DNA of 64,000 nucleotides from an uncultured Methanotrichaceae archaeon (GCA_964632755.1 CAZWDT010000002.1:2279-66278), one strand, 5' to 3'; positions 27,906 to 38,448 are shown, counted from the first letter of the stretch. Notes: generated from the letters alone by a model not told the origin. Numbers and translations: made by a program.

Positions 27906-28954
27906 GGATACTGATCGATACGGGCCACCCGGCCCATGTCCATCTCTTCAAGAACTTCATCTGGGAGATGGAGCGGCGCGGGCATCGGATAAGGGTCACT
28001 GCGAGAGATAAGGAGGTGACGCTTCAATTGCTCTCTGCCTATGGCATCCCCCATCTGCCGATAGGCAGAGCCAGCCATAGGGGATACGGCCTCCTTCGGG
28101 AGTGGATTGAAAGGGATTTGCTGATCTACAGGGAGGCGAGGAGGTTTCGGCCGGACTGCCTCATAGGCGTCCTAAATCCAGCCGTTGCCCATTCGAGCAA
28201 GCTTATTGGCCGAAAGTCCCTGATATTCACCGACACAGAGCCTGAGGCCGTGGGCTTTCCGCTCGCAGATATGCTGACCCTTCCATTCGCTGACGTGATC
28301 CTTGCCCCAACATCTGTGAGGCACGACTACGGCAGGAGGGCTGTGCGGGTGAAAAGCTATAAGGAGCTCGCCTACCTTCACCCCGACAACTTCCGCCCGG
28401 ATGAGGGGGTGGTGAGGGATCTTGGCCTCTCTCCCGACGGGTACGTCATTCTCCGCTTCATCAGCTGGAATTCCTACCACGACAGGGGCCGGAATGGCCT
28501 CTCGATCGAGGGCAAGAGAAGGCTTGTGGAGGAGATCGGAAGGCATTCGAGGGTCCTCATCTCCTCCGAGTCGCCGCTTCCCCGGGACCTCGAACGCTTC
28601 CGCCTCGAAATCTCCCCGGAGAAGCTGCACCATCTCCTCTTCTATGCGAAGATGCTCGTCTGCGATTCTCAGACGATGGCAACCGAGGCCGGGGTGCTCG
28701 GATGCCCGGTTATCAGATGCAACTCCTTCGTGGGCCGAAGGGATATGGGAAACTTCATCGAGCTGGAGGAGAAGTACGAACTCATCATGAACTGCAGGGA
28801 GGAAGGAGAGGCGCTTGAAAAGGCGCTCGACCTGGTAGCAACCCCTGATATCAAGTCCATCTGGCAGGAGCGAAGAAAGAGGTGCTTGAGGGACAAGATT
28901 GACCTATCTCGATTCATGGTAGATCTTGTGGAAGAGCTCCCTTTTGGGAGATGA
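27902..28954 (+). CDS. DUF354-family protein (glycosyltransferase/epimerase-like fold)
   Basis: I use the internal ATG at 27902 (MRILIDTGHPAHVHLFKNFIWEMERRGH...), which is the typical DUF354 N-terminus and overlaps the GT2 stop by 4 nt. The longer track ORF from 27647 runs through the GT2 coding region. Confidence 0.65.
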   Translation: MRILIDTGHPAHVHLFKNFIWEMERRGHRIRVTARDKEVTLQLLSAYGIPHLPIGRASHRGYGLLREWIERDLLIYREARRFRPDCLIGVLNPAVAHSSKLIGRKSLIFTDTEPEAVGFPLADMLTLPFADVILAPTSVRHDYGRRAVRVKSYKELAYLHPDNFRPDEGVVRDLGLSPDGYVILRFISWNSYHDRGRNGLSIEGKRRLVEEIGRHSRVLISSESPLPRDLERFRLEISPEKLHHLLFYAKMLVCDSQTMATEAGVLGCPVIRCNSFVGRRDMGNFIELEEKYELIMNCREEGEALEKALDLVATPDIKSIWQERRKRCLRDKIDLSRFMVDLVEELPFGR

Positions 28955-28969
28955 GGGCGGCAGATCGCG

Positions 28970-30016
28970 GTGATCGATATTCATGAAGCGTTGATGGGGA
29001 AAAGCCGTCTTTGGGATCAGTTCACTAGGAGGAAGGAGTATCGCTCCTTGCGGCATGACGAGCACGGGCGCTACATCCCCGACAGGGACGATCTCGACTG
29101 CCTCACAGACCCTGCGGTCTCCAGGTATCTGCAGCAGTTGGGCTATTTCCCCGAGTATCCGGAAGGAGAGGGCTTTGCTCTCTGCCTGACACATGACGTG
29201 GACGATATCTATCCGCCTGCAAGCCATATGCTCGCCTCTCTTCCTTATCTCATCGGCAGGGGAGAGCTCGACTGGCTTAGGCTCTCTCTCCTCTGGAGAT
29301 GGAAGGGAAGAATGACCAGCCCTTACCGCAACTTCATGGATATCATCGACCTCGAGGATGCATACGATGCCAAGTCAACCTTCTTCTTCCTCTCGACGGA
29401 GAGGGATGTTCGCAGGTTCAGGTACGATATCGAGGAGCTGGAGGCGGATCTGGGCTCCATTATCGATAGGGGCTGGAGCGTTGGCCTCCATGGCGGATAC
29501 TATGCCTACGACCGCCTGGAAGACCTGATGAGCGAGAAGGCGCGACTGGAGGGGAGCCTCGGCCAGAAGGTCCTTGGCTATCGGGGCCATTATCTGAGGT
29601 TCGAGGTTCCGCGGACCTGGAAGCTGCTAGAGGAAGCGGACTTCTCTTACGACAGCACATTCGGCTACGGCCGCCATGCAGGTTTCAGGAATCAGATGTG
29701 CCATCCATATATCCCCTACAACCTGGACGAGGAAAGATCGATCGACATCATGGAGATCCCCTTGAACCTGGCGGACATGGCCCTCTTCGGCCTTGGGATG
29801 GGAAAGGCGTGGGATGCGATAAAGGCGCTTATCGATGTCGTCGAGGTGAATAGAGGCGTAATGACGGTGCTCTGGCACAACAACATGTTCTCATCTCCCT
29901 TTCGGAGGGATTACCTTCGGCTTTATCGGAAGCTGCTCGACTACGGCAGGCGAAAGGAAGCCTGGATCACGTCGTCGGATGAGGTTTGGAGGTGGTTCGA
30001 GCATGGCAATCTATGA
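28970..30016 (+). CDS. polysaccharide deacetylase-like protein
   Basis: 348 aa. LCLTHDVDDIY, FFFLSTER and VGLHGGYYAYD resemble NodB/CE4-type deacetylase motifs. The start is a GTG; an alternative ATG lies at 28994. Confidence 0.55.
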   Translation: MIDIHEALMGKSRLWDQFTRRKEYRSLRHDEHGRYIPDRDDLDCLTDPAVSRYLQQLGYFPEYPEGEGFALCLTHDVDDIYPPASHMLASLPYLIGRGELDWLRLSLLWRWKGRMTSPYRNFMDIIDLEDAYDAKSTFFFLSTERDVRRFRYDIEELEADLGSIIDRGWSVGLHGGYYAYDRLEDLMSEKARLEGSLGQKVLGYRGHYLRFEVPRTWKLLEEADFSYDSTFGYGRHAGFRNQMCHPYIPYNLDEERSIDIMEIPLNLADMALFGLGMGKAWDAIKALIDVVEVNRGVMTVLWHNNMFSSPFRRDYLRLYRKLLDYGRRKEAWITSSDEVWRWFEHGNL

Positions 30017-31022
30017 GATGCTTGTGGACAGGGATTCGTGGGAAGGCTTCGTCGAGGAGAGCCCTCATGGGATGCTATTTCACAGATGGGACTTCCTCAA
30101 AATAATCGAGAAGCATACAGGCTACGAGTTCTTGCCCATTGGAGTCGAAAGAAAAGGCCAGCTCATAGGCCTTCTACCCCTCTTCTACAGGAGGTTTGCG
30201 GCCTTGAGGGTCCTCCTCTCTCCGCCACCGCGGACGAGCGTCCCCTATCTCGGACCAGTCTTGCCAACGGATCATGACCGCTTAACGCAGTCCACGAGGG
30301 AGGCGCACTCCAAGGCCGTGGTCCAGGCACTGCTCGATGTCATGAGAACGCTCTCGCCCCATCACACGGCGATCACCTGCGTCCCCGGGATTGGCGATGT
30401 CAGGCCATTCATATGGGGCGGATTTCAGGCTGAGCCTCAGTACACATACGAGCTGGATCTAGACCGGCCCCTTCAGGAGATCTGGGATGGGATCCAATAT
30501 CGTACGAGGAAGTACATCAAGGGGAACGCGGGCAAGATAAGCCTTCGCAGGGCGAGGTCGAGGGAAGATATCGAGGCCTTCTATCGGATGGAGGCTCTGA
30601 GGTACAGGAGCCAGGGGCTCATGCCCCCTCTCGTCTCGGTGGATTATCTCGAGGATCTGGCAGATGCCTTTGGGGAGCAAATCCGCCTCTATCTCATCGA
30701 GGAAGGGGAGAATATTCTTGGGATATGGGGCGTAGTCGTCTACAAGGATCGCTACCTAACCTGGGTTGGCGGCGTCAGGCCTGGGCAGGATAGCTCCCTG
30801 CAACATGTGAACGAGTGCGCCTATTGGCTGACGATCGAGGGTGCGAGGGAGGAGGGATGCCGAGTCTATGAGCTCTCAGGCGCAAACACCCCAAGGCTCT
30901 GCCTCTTCAAGTCAAAGTTCGATCCATCTCTTTCGACCTACTTTCGGGTGCACAAGAAGACGGCATTTGGAGCCGCTGGCGAGATGCTCTACCGGAGGGT
31001 TTTGAAGAGGCGGTTTAGATGA
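30003..31022 (+). CDS. FemAB/BioF2-like GNAT-fold acyl(aminoacyl)transferase
   Basis: About 339 aa from MAIYEMLVDRDSWEGFVEESPHGMLFHRWDFLKIIE... The layout, including a C-terminal FKSKFDP motif, is typical of FemAB-type or lipid II peptide-bridge-type acetyltransferase_6 proteins. Confidence 0.5.
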   Translation: MAIYEMLVDRDSWEGFVEESPHGMLFHRWDFLKIIEKHTGYEFLPIGVERKGQLIGLLPLFYRRFAALRVLLSPPPRTSVPYLGPVLPTDHDRLTQSTREAHSKAVVQALLDVMRTLSPHHTAITCVPGIGDVRPFIWGGFQAEPQYTYELDLDRPLQEIWDGIQYRTRKYIKGNAGKISLRRARSREDIEAFYRMEALRYRSQGLMPPLVSVDYLEDLADAFGEQIRLYLIEEGENILGIWGVVVYKDRYLTWVGGVRPGQDSSLQHVNECAYWLTIEGAREEGCRVYELSGANTPRLCLFKSKFDPSLSTYFRVHKKTAFGAAGEMLYRRVLKRRFR

Positions 31023-31702
31023 AAGCTGGCCTCGATTTCCTGGCGAAGCTCGGGCTTCTGAAGAGGATCGCCATAACGAACGTGGACAACTGGGTCTACG
31101 CGAGGTGTTGGGATGGGGGGGAGCTCTTCAGGCCCCTGAATGACCAAGGCTCGCAGTTCTTTCAACGGCTCGGCAACTCCGGCGGCAAAGTGGAGAATTC
31201 GGGGCCTCGGCCTGACCTGAGCTCGCAGAGGGTAGCCGATGAGGGCGGTCTCGCCGGCCTCGACGAAGAATGGAAGCTTGGGTATCTCATGAGAAAAGGC
31301 TGCAGCGTCTATCTGGCGAGCCTAAAGGGCCGGCTTGCCGGTCGATATATCTCGTGCAATCTCGGCCAATTCAAGCCGTATTCCTACAACCGCCATAGCC
31401 TGTTCGCGGGGAGGGATGCATATTACGTCTTCTTCTGTAGGACTTACGATCCCTTTAAGGGCAGGAGCATCTTTCCTGAGATGCTCTGCCGGATCTGCAG
31501 TGACATATGGAAAGAGGATCCACGGGGAACGGTCTATATCTCGGCCGAGATCAAAAACGCGGCCTCACAGAAGGGAATCGAGAAGGCAGGCTTCGAGCGC
31601 GTCGGCCAGCTCAGATACCTTTCCGTCCTGAACCAGCCCCTGATATCCAGTCTCTCCCGGGGGGAGGATAGGGTCCTAAATGAGCCCCTGGACGGCGCCT
31701 GA
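31019..31702 (+). CDS. GNAT-like N-acetyltransferase (weak call)
   Basis: 227 aa. The C-terminal ..NAASQKGIEKAGFERVG.. resembles the GNAT motif. It overlaps the upstream gene by 4 nt. Confidence 0.4.
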   Translation: MKAGLDFLAKLGLLKRIAITNVDNWVYARCWDGGELFRPLNDQGSQFFQRLGNSGGKVENSGPRPDLSSQRVADEGGLAGLDEEWKLGYLMRKGCSVYLASLKGRLAGRYISCNLGQFKPYSYNRHSLFAGRDAYYVFFCRTYDPFKGRSIFPEMLCRICSDIWKEDPRGTVYISAEIKNAASQKGIEKAGFERVGQLRYLSVLNQPLISSLSRGEDRVLNEPLDGA

Positions 31703-33484
31703 GTCGTAGATCCTGTTATACTCGGAAAGCTGGTCCCAGAGGGGAAGATCCGGCATGTAGTAGTCGAGCAGGTTGAATAGGTTTGGATGGTCGACGAAGT
31801 CTCTCTCAAGCGAGGTGTATAGCTTCAATGGCCTTCCATCGAGCTCGCCCCCCCTGATCAGCAACAGGTCGTCGGACGAGTTCCTCAAGAATCTCATATT
31901 GGCGCGGTCGACCTCGAGCACATGTGCCTTTTTTTGGAAAGGCGAGCACTCAAGATATCTTGTAACGACATAGTCGGACATGACATACCCGCCGGCGACC
32001 TCCGGGAGATATCGAATCGATTCGACCTCGTTCTCGGTCATGTAGAACGTATAGAAGGTCCGCTTCACAAGGGGATTATCTGAGGCCGTGAAGTCGTTTG
32101 AGACCGAGAGGAAGATCATTGCCATGAAGACCACGACCAGAATGGTTCGACCATATCCCCTGGCCTTGTGGAAGAGCCCCGAGAATCCGACGGCCGAGGC
32201 CATGATGATGAATATAAATGCATATTCGCCAAACCTCATGATGTTGAAATTCTTTGCAAGATGCGTGAAAAGGAGCATCGGCCCGGGAAAGGAGACCGCG
32301 ACCAATAAGACCCCAACGAGGCATAGCATCTTGGCCCTTGTCGAGAACCTCTCATCGTTCAGTGCCCACAGTATGCCAAATACGATGAAGAGGAGCAGCG
32401 GGGCATACTGGAGATAGTTGAATAGCTCCTCAAATGGTGCATCTGCTATGGATTTGGTTGTGAGGAGTGATGGGGCGGAGGTCATCACGTTCTCCAGAAG
32501 GGCCTGCAATATATACATGGAATAATGCATCCAATATCCAAGACATAATATCAGGCTGAGGAGGAGGTACTTATAGCTGATAGTCCTCTCTTCCCCCCTT
32601 TCATATGCTATATCTAATGTGATTAGTAATGAGAATATCACCATTATAAATGGAAGTGATACTGGGTGGTACAGTATTAATACTACCGTCAGAGCCACGA
32701 TTATCATAAGCTTCATGGCGCTATCTCTAATAAAAATAAAATACAATAATACCAGCTCCAGGAACGACACAACGCTCCTGGGGATCGAGGACATGCCATA
32801 ATTGAGCACATCCGTGTAGAATATGATGAAGAGGGAGATCAACAAGGCTAGAGACCGATCCTTGAATACCGTCCTCGATACCAGGTAGGCCATCGGCACG
32901 AGAAACGCATATACCAGGCCGTTTGCAAGGAAGATCATCTTCTCCAGCGGCAATGGCGATCTCATTATGATATATAAAGCATAAACTAATATGTGCCAGA
33001 GGGGAAAGGCGCGATAGTTGTCGAATGCATCGGTCACATGGGCCGCTTCCATCAGCGTCGATATGTAGAATAAATGGGAGATCGGATCCATCCTGCCGAT
33101 GAATAGATGGTACTTCATGGTCACGCCCCAGATCAAGTTGAGGTTTAGAGCCATGATCTGGGCGAGGATGATCAGCACCCTGCCGCAAGTGGCCTCGAAT
33201 AGAAGTATCTCCATGAGGATTATGGTCGCTAGCAGCGTTATCACGAGGTAATAACCCACGGGGCGGGGTGTGTAGGTAGCCAGGATCAATGCCGATATGG
33301 CGAATAGGGGCGCGTAGGCCATTAATAATAGATTGAAGATCCTGCAATCGAGCCGCACCTTCTGGTAGGCGCTGCCACGATATATCAGGAAGAGGAGCGT
33401 TCCCGCTATCATGGGGATTGCGAGATAGCTTCCAAGGAGCGACAAGCTGTGCAGGCCGAGCAAGGGGGGAAGTAGAAGCCCCAC
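31676..33484 (-). CDS. large polytopic membrane protein with a C-terminal soluble domain (GT-C / polymerase-like; possibly DUF2206-type)
   Basis: 602 aa with at least 12 hydrophobic segments and then a roughly 150-aa hydrophilic tail. GC content is lower than in the core genes. Its tail overlaps the convergent gene at 31019..31702 by 27 nt. Confidence 0.6.
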   Translation of the reverse strand: MGLLLPPLLGLHSLSLLGSYLAIPMIAGTLLFLIYRGSAYQKVRLDCRIFNLLLMAYAPLFAISALILATYTPRPVGYYLVITLLATIILMEILLFEATCGRVLIILAQIMALNLNLIWGVTMKYHLFIGRMDPISHLFYISTLMEAAHVTDAFDNYRAFPLWHILVYALYIIMRSPLPLEKMIFLANGLVYAFLVPMAYLVSRTVFKDRSLALLISLFIIFYTDVLNYGMSSIPRSVVSFLELVLLYFIFIRDSAMKLMIIVALTVVLILYHPVSLPFIMVIFSLLITLDIAYERGEERTISYKYLLLSLILCLGYWMHYSMYILQALLENVMTSAPSLLTTKSIADAPFEELFNYLQYAPLLLFIVFGILWALNDERFSTRAKMLCLVGVLLVAVSFPGPMLLFTHLAKNFNIMRFGEYAFIFIIMASAVGFSGLFHKARGYGRTILVVVFMAMIFLSVSNDFTASDNPLVKRTFYTFYMTENEVESIRYLPEVAGGYVMSDYVVTRYLECSPFQKKAHVLEVDRANMRFLRNSSDDLLLIRGGELDGRPLKLYTSLERDFVDHPNLFNLLDYYMPDLPLWDQLSEYNRIYDSGAVQGLI

Positions 33485-33549
33485 GATCGCGACCGCGGGT
33501 ATCAGATAGAGCAGGATCCTGCTCGTGATCGAAAACCTATCATCGAGCC

Positions 33550-34818
33550 TCAGGGAAGATCAACCCCTTTCTTCGCCCTGCCGAATCTTATGGCTTCGCA
33601 TGCAACGGCTAGGCTGAGCGCGGCATATGTCAGAATCCACGCATATCCCACGCCGATTATCCCATAACTGAATATGAATATATAGCTGAGTCCGAGCAAT
33701 AAGACGAACCTCGCAAAGTTCATGAGGACGACGATCCCTGGCCGAGCCCTGATGTTCTGGATGGGGATGTATAGGCTGTAGACGGTGACGAAGAAGCTCC
33801 CGAGCACCAGGATCCTCAGGAGATCGATCGACTTGGCATACTCCGGCCCCAGAAGCCCCAATATCTCCTCGCCCCAGATATATATGATCACGACAGGGAC
33901 GAGCAGAAGGCCGAAGGTATGCGATAGCACCCGAACGATTGCCCCCCCCACATCCCTGCCATGGCTTCCCTCGACGAAGAAGGAGGTGCTGATAGCATCT
34001 GGAACTATCAATATGATGTTCGCAACTGAGAAGGCCACGTACCATCTGGCAGCCTCTATCGGTCCGAGCATGTTGAGGATCATGATCGGTAGTATGAGGG
34101 CGGGAGCTGTGTTTAGAACGCTTGCCAGGTAGTTCAGAGAGGAGAACCTCAGAGTATCCTCGAGAAACATCCTGTCGATTCTCGCGCTGAATCGAAGATT
34201 CCTGGAGATCTGGACTGCCGATACCATGAGGGCTATTATGTAGGCTGCTCCGAGCGAGAAGAAGATGCCGATGCAACCCATGCCAGCAAGGATGGGGAGG
34301 AAGGGGATGCGGGTGGAGAGAAGGAGGTTCTGGCTCAGATAAGCCCCCCCTCGGCGCTCCGAGATCATGGCGTAGCCGATTGTAAGCGTTGCCGAGTGGG
34401 CGAGGCAGATCGCTATGAAGAATATAGAGTAATCCCTTATGAAGGAGAGGTCAGGGGAGATCGTATCCACTATTGCGAGGAAGGCCAGGCTGATTACGAG
34501 AGAGAGCGCTGCAGGAATCCAGAGGCCGCTGTTGAAGACCACATCCTTATCCCTCAGAGGCATAAAGCGAATTATCGAGACGTCGGATCCGAACCTGGAT
34601 AGGATCATCACGAGCTCCAGCGAGGAGATCATGGCCGTTCCTAGCCCTACATCGGCTATCGAGTAGTACCTTGTAGCGACGCTCCAGAACAAAAGGCCGA
34701 TCGTCTTGTTAGCCGCACGGCTAAGCCCTATGAAGAAGGAGTTCCTCATTAGGGGATCGCTTACGGCGTGAGCGGGATTCCATAGCGCCTTTTGCAATGC
34801 AAGGCCTCGTCGAAGCAT
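33550..34818 (-). CDS. oligosaccharide/polysaccharide flippase (Wzx/MOP superfamily)
   Basis: 422 aa with about 12 TM segments. A likely true start is MRNSFFIGLSRAANKTIGLLFWSVATRYYS.ADVG at 34749, which is typical of polysaccharide biosynthesis protein N-termini. Confidence 0.7.
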   Translation of the reverse strand: MLRRGLALQKALWNPAHAVSDPLMRNSFFIGLSRAANKTIGLLFWSVATRYYSIADVGLGTAMISSLELVMILSRFGSDVSIIRFMPLRDKDVVFNSGLWIPAALSLVISLAFLAIVDTISPDLSFIRDYSIFFIAICLAHSATLTIGYAMISERRGGAYLSQNLLLSTRIPFLPILAGMGCIGIFFSLGAAYIIALMVSAVQISRNLRFSARIDRMFLEDTLRFSSLNYLASVLNTAPALILPIMILNMLGPIEAARWYVAFSVANIILIVPDAISTSFFVEGSHGRDVGGAIVRVLSHTFGLLLVPVVIIYIWGEEILGLLGPEYAKSIDLLRILVLGSFFVTVYSLYIPIQNIRARPGIVVLMNFARFVLLLGLSYIFIFSYGIIGVGYAWILTYAALSLAVACEAIRFGRAKKGVDLP

Positions 34819-35283
34819 CTCAAAGCGTCCATATATCCATTGGTTGTCTTCGATGAATCCAAATTGGCGTCCATCAGGGCATCCCTACCTACATCCATAA
34901 CTAATTGCTTTCGGAATAAGGCTCTATCGGCAATCGGGATCTGCCGTGGCCTAGACCGCTGAGATCTAGGATACGGGGACGATTCGATGGTAGATTTGGT
35001 CGCGATGTATGGATTATATATCTTATCATATATTATATTTATTATTTTAATATCATATTTTATTATTTCCTTCGTTTTCGAAGATATAATGGTTTGAGAG
35101 CGCTCCATCCTCCAGATAACGTTTCTTTCAGACGATATTCTTAAAATTATCGAGATGATGGCTACGATGGGATACAACTTAATTAAATTAAAATAGATAA
35201 TCATGCGAAACTATTAAGTATCATAGAACCAATATACACTTCTATATAGAATTATCTTAATAAAATTATGTGGAGTATAAATC

Positions 35284-37599
35284 ATGTGGAATCATCGAGC
35301 TCCTTTCATCCTTCTCTTGGCCTTGATTGTGATGGTCGGCGGGGGGAGTGGCCATGTGAGCACATCCTTCTCTGCAAGCGATGGGCAGAGCTCTGTGGGA
35401 TTCTCCACGGCCTATGGGGCCGATTGTGAGGACCGAATCGGGGACACGGCCACGTCCAGCTTCAGCTCTGGGGTGGGCCTCAGCCGTTCGATTCGGTCCT
35501 CGGGCGACCTGAACGAGTATCATTGGGTGAGAGATGGCATGAACAACTTCGCCTCAGTGAGGGCGGAGGTTGAGAACGCGGTTGACAACAAGTACCAATA
35601 TGCGATCTTCCCGGCGGAGGGCGACGTCATCTCCGGCTCCTCCGTCCAGGCACGCCATAAGCTGACCTCCTTAGAGGCCGATCGCATCTACTGCGAGGAG
35701 GCGGCATCGAACTCCGAGGGGGACTGGACGATCACATCGACGACGGTAGAAGTGGGCTCCCTTCTTGGATATTATGGCTTCTCGTGGGCAAGCTGCGACT
35801 ACGCGACGGCTTATCATTGCGCAGATCATGCAGATGGCCGCACTGTGACATTCACCTCGGAGGCCGGGGATGATAGCTCTTGCCATGCCTATAACAGGTT
35901 GACCGCGAGGGATGGCGGCGCTCCTGCAGAAGTCGACGGCTACAAGGGATCGGCGTATGCGGACACCAAGCTTGCAGCAGCCTCCATCCGGGAGGCATAT
36001 ATCGATCTCGCCGACGGCAATATGGAGATCGAGCAGTGTTCGAGCATCTTCGCCGACTCCTCGGGCTCCTGGACGACCCTTGAAGACGGCCAGATGAGCT
36101 TTGCAGGGAGGAGCTGGGCCTCCGAGGAGCCCAAGTCCGGGACGAATATAGATCGGCTTGTGGCCCAGGGCGAGGTCTGCAACCTGATTCGAGGAGGGGA
36201 CTTTCCCTGGAAGATCATGGGGATGGATGGACGGTTCGCGGGGTCCATAATTTACGTGGATGGATATCTGAACCTGATCGCAAGTGCGACGGATAATGAA
36301 CCCGTGCATTCGCTTTATATGAATCTGGAGGCGCTTGGCTCCATCCAGCAATGCATTACCGCTCAGAACGCATGGTCTCGCCTCTCGGCCAAGTCCGCTA
36401 CATCGATCGATCTTGGATATCTCACCTATTCCGTCACCTCGCGAGCCGGAGAATCGTTTGCCTTTGCCGATATGGATCTCTTCGGCGATGCCACGGAGGG
36501 GGGAATCGTCCATGAAATGTACGCCGGAGGCAAGCTTGAGTGCGAGCTGGCGGGGGCCTTCGCCTTTGGGGAATACACAGCCCTCGAAGTTCGAGATCCT
36601 GAGGCGGTTGAGAGGGCTATGGTCCAGGGTGGAACCCTCCATTACAGCGGCAGATCCGCCGACTTGCTGAGGGGAGATGAGAGGCTCGCCTTGATCGAGG
36701 TGGACCGATTGAGGGCGGATGCAATCGGCGGGGTTGTGGAGCACGAGATCGAGATGGAGAGCCCAGAGGGCGATTGGGTCTATGAGAGCTCCGCCGTCCT
36801 CTCACCCCTGGGCTGGGGCAGTCTGGAGTATGCGGGACTGGGGAAAGCTGCGGAGACGTTCGCCCTTGTGCGGGGAAGGCTATCAGCCCATGGATCGAGC
36901 GGGTCCCTCACGGCCGCCCTCGAATCCAGGAAATCGTTGAGCCCGGACTCCGCTTCCGAGCTTGCGGATTGCTCCTTTCATGCCTGGAGCCTATCGAGCG
37001 TCTCCGGGACTGGCGATCTATCTTTCGAGGGTCTGGCCCTTGCCAAGGAGGGTCTCTCAAGCGTGCGGCTTTGCGATCATCGATCGAGCGGCGATCTCGT
37101 GAGCGTGGAGCTTGGCGCAGGCGATTCCCTTGAAGGCGGTCCAGGTGCCATGGCATCTATCGAGGTTGCATCTGGGGAGGAGGGTTCGCTCGCCTTCGAG
37201 GGTCAGACGCTCGACGGCATCGACTCGATGGGAGGGCGGGCATCGATCGTCACCACCGTCGTCGATGCGTGGGGGGACGATCTGCATACCTCCTACGAGG
37301 CCTGGGGTTCAAGCGAAGCAGAGACGCCTGACAAGCGATCGCTGACGACTTCGGACGTCGAAGACGGCCATCTGGGAATTGCGGGCGGTTGCAGGGCAGC
37401 CTCCACTGGGACAACCTCTCGCCAGAGGGGCGTTCTTCAAGGCGGGAGCATATCGTCGTACGGGGAAGCCGAGGATCCCGTGGATGGCGAGATCGCGTTT
37501 GGGGGCTTCAAGGCCGTCGACAAGGATCTTCGATTCTATACGCTTGCATGGACCGATGAGGACTCGGCCCATCAGAGATGGGGATCGGTCCCCATCTGA
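35284..37599 (+). CDS. large acidic secreted/surface protein, paralog 2
   Basis: 771 aa. The signal-like MWNHRAPFILLLALIVMVGGGSG is followed by HVSTSFSASDGQSSVGFSTAYGA..DRIGD..FSSGVGLSR. It is colinear with paralog 3 for several hundred residues (e.g. YQYAIFPAEGDV, ADRIYCEEAASNSEGD, HAYNRLTARDGG, ADSSGSWT). The C-terminal motif is RFYTLAWTDED. Confidence 0.85.
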   Translation: MWNHRAPFILLLALIVMVGGGSGHVSTSFSASDGQSSVGFSTAYGADCEDRIGDTATSSFSSGVGLSRSIRSSGDLNEYHWVRDGMNNFASVRAEVENAVDNKYQYAIFPAEGDVISGSSVQARHKLTSLEADRIYCEEAASNSEGDWTITSTTVEVGSLLGYYGFSWASCDYATAYHCADHADGRTVTFTSEAGDDSSCHAYNRLTARDGGAPAEVDGYKGSAYADTKLAAASIREAYIDLADGNMEIEQCSSIFADSSGSWTTLEDGQMSFAGRSWASEEPKSGTNIDRLVAQGEVCNLIRGGDFPWKIMGMDGRFAGSIIYVDGYLNLIASATDNEPVHSLYMNLEALGSIQQCITAQNAWSRLSAKSATSIDLGYLTYSVTSRAGESFAFADMDLFGDATEGGIVHEMYAGGKLECELAGAFAFGEYTALEVRDPEAVERAMVQGGTLHYSGRSADLLRGDERLALIEVDRLRADAIGGVVEHEIEMESPEGDWVYESSAVLSPLGWGSLEYAGLGKAAETFALVRGRLSAHGSSGSLTAALESRKSLSPDSASELADCSFHAWSLSSVSGTGDLSFEGLALAKEGLSSVRLCDHRSSGDLVSVELGAGDSLEGGPGAMASIEVASGEEGSLAFEGQTLDGIDSMGGRASIVTTVVDAWGDDLHTSYEAWGSSEAETPDKRSLTTSDVEDGHLGIAGGCRAASTGTTSRQRGVLQGGSISSYGEAEDPVDGEIAFGGFKAVDKDLRFYTLAWTDEDSAHQRWGSVPI

Positions 37600-37738
37600 T
37601 ATCCTTTGGCCATGACGCTCTATCTTCCAATCTAAGGGACCTTCCGCCCCCTCCCCTCATGTGACGGGAGAGAGGCGCGGCAAATGCCAGCGCCGCCGGC
37701 CGGAACGCGAGGGAGGAGGCAAAGCAGCCTGCTACCTC

Positions 37739-38053
37739 CTATCTGGTTGAGTAGACTTCGCCCCTCACGTCGAGCTTTAAAAGAAGGACGAGCCTTTCCT
37801 CGTCGTCCACCTCGTAAACGAGCCGAAAATCGCCAAACCTCACCCTGAAGCGGTTCGTGTGGCCTTTGCACCGCTTGACGTCGAAATTTGCCTTCTTCGG
37901 ATCATCTTCTGAGATCTCTGTCGACCTTGAGAAGAGATGAGGATTTTCGGCGAGCTGATCGATCAGCTCTTTTAGGTTTTTCTGATGAGCGCGAGGAAGC
38001 CTGGTTATAACCCGTTCGACTCTCTTAGGATGCAAAAGCACATCGAAGCTCAT
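37739..38053 (-). CDS. RelE/ParE-superfamily type II toxin
   Basis: From the ATG at 38053 the protein begins MSFDVLLHPKRVERVITRL... and ends ...FRVRFGDFRLVYEVDDEERLVLLLKLDVRGEVY, the characteristic C-terminal pattern. Confidence 0.7.
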   Translation of the reverse strand: MSFDVLLHPKRVERVITRLPRAHQKNLKELIDQLAENPHLFSRSTEISEDDPKKANFDVKRCKGHTNRFRVRFGDFRLVYEVDDEERLVLLLKLDVRGEVYSTR

Positions 38054-38196
38054 AATCCGAGTTCTGCCTTGAGGCTCTTCCAAGAAACGCCCTTCTCCCT
38101 CGTCTCTTTGGCGAGCCTGTCAAGCTCTTCGGCCTCAGATTCGCTCGCTTCGACTCCTCGCTCTAATTCTTGCTTTATCCTGACGGAAGCCATCAT
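38050..38196 (-). CDS. small antitoxin-like protein (48 aa)
   Basis: My own translation reads MMASVRIKQELERGVEASESEAEELDRLAKETREKGVSWKSLKAELGL*. Its stop overlaps the toxin start (ttATGAgc). It is too short for the ORF track. Confidence 0.5.
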   Translation of the reverse strand: MMASVRIKQELERGVEASESEAEELDRLAKETREKGVSWKSLKAELGL

Positions 38197-38448
38197 GTCT
38201 TAAATCACATATAAACATCATATACCTTTCGATGATATCGCCTACTGGAGGATCCAGTAAGCTGATTAGAATCGCTTTCGAGAGAGCCCTCCAGCTGCTC
38301 GACAATGCCGTTTCCGGGGAAGCGCCCAGTACATGCGCAGACGGATCGCGACCCTTCGAAATTTTTAAGTAATAGCCTTGCGTATATATCATGATAATAG
38401 ATCTAAATCATGGCACTATTATTAATATGTCAATGGAGGTTATCTTCG

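Noticed and set aside
34761-35204. 147-aa minus-strand ORF at the very AT-rich edge of the glycan island.
   Set aside because: The N-terminal two-thirds are Ile/Lys/Asn-rich, as expected from random AT-rich DNA. It overlaps the flippase ORF and shows no motif. It is possibly real but unsupported.
35671-36744. 357-aa minus-strand ORF inside paralog 2. Similar long antisense ORFs occur at 4799..5542, 5164..6093, 23118..24119, 40159..40716 and 43578..44465.
   Set aside because: The sequences are Arg/Pro/Gly-rich and low in complexity, which is typical of shadow frames in GC-rich DNA. Each lies fully inside a well-supported gene on the other strand.
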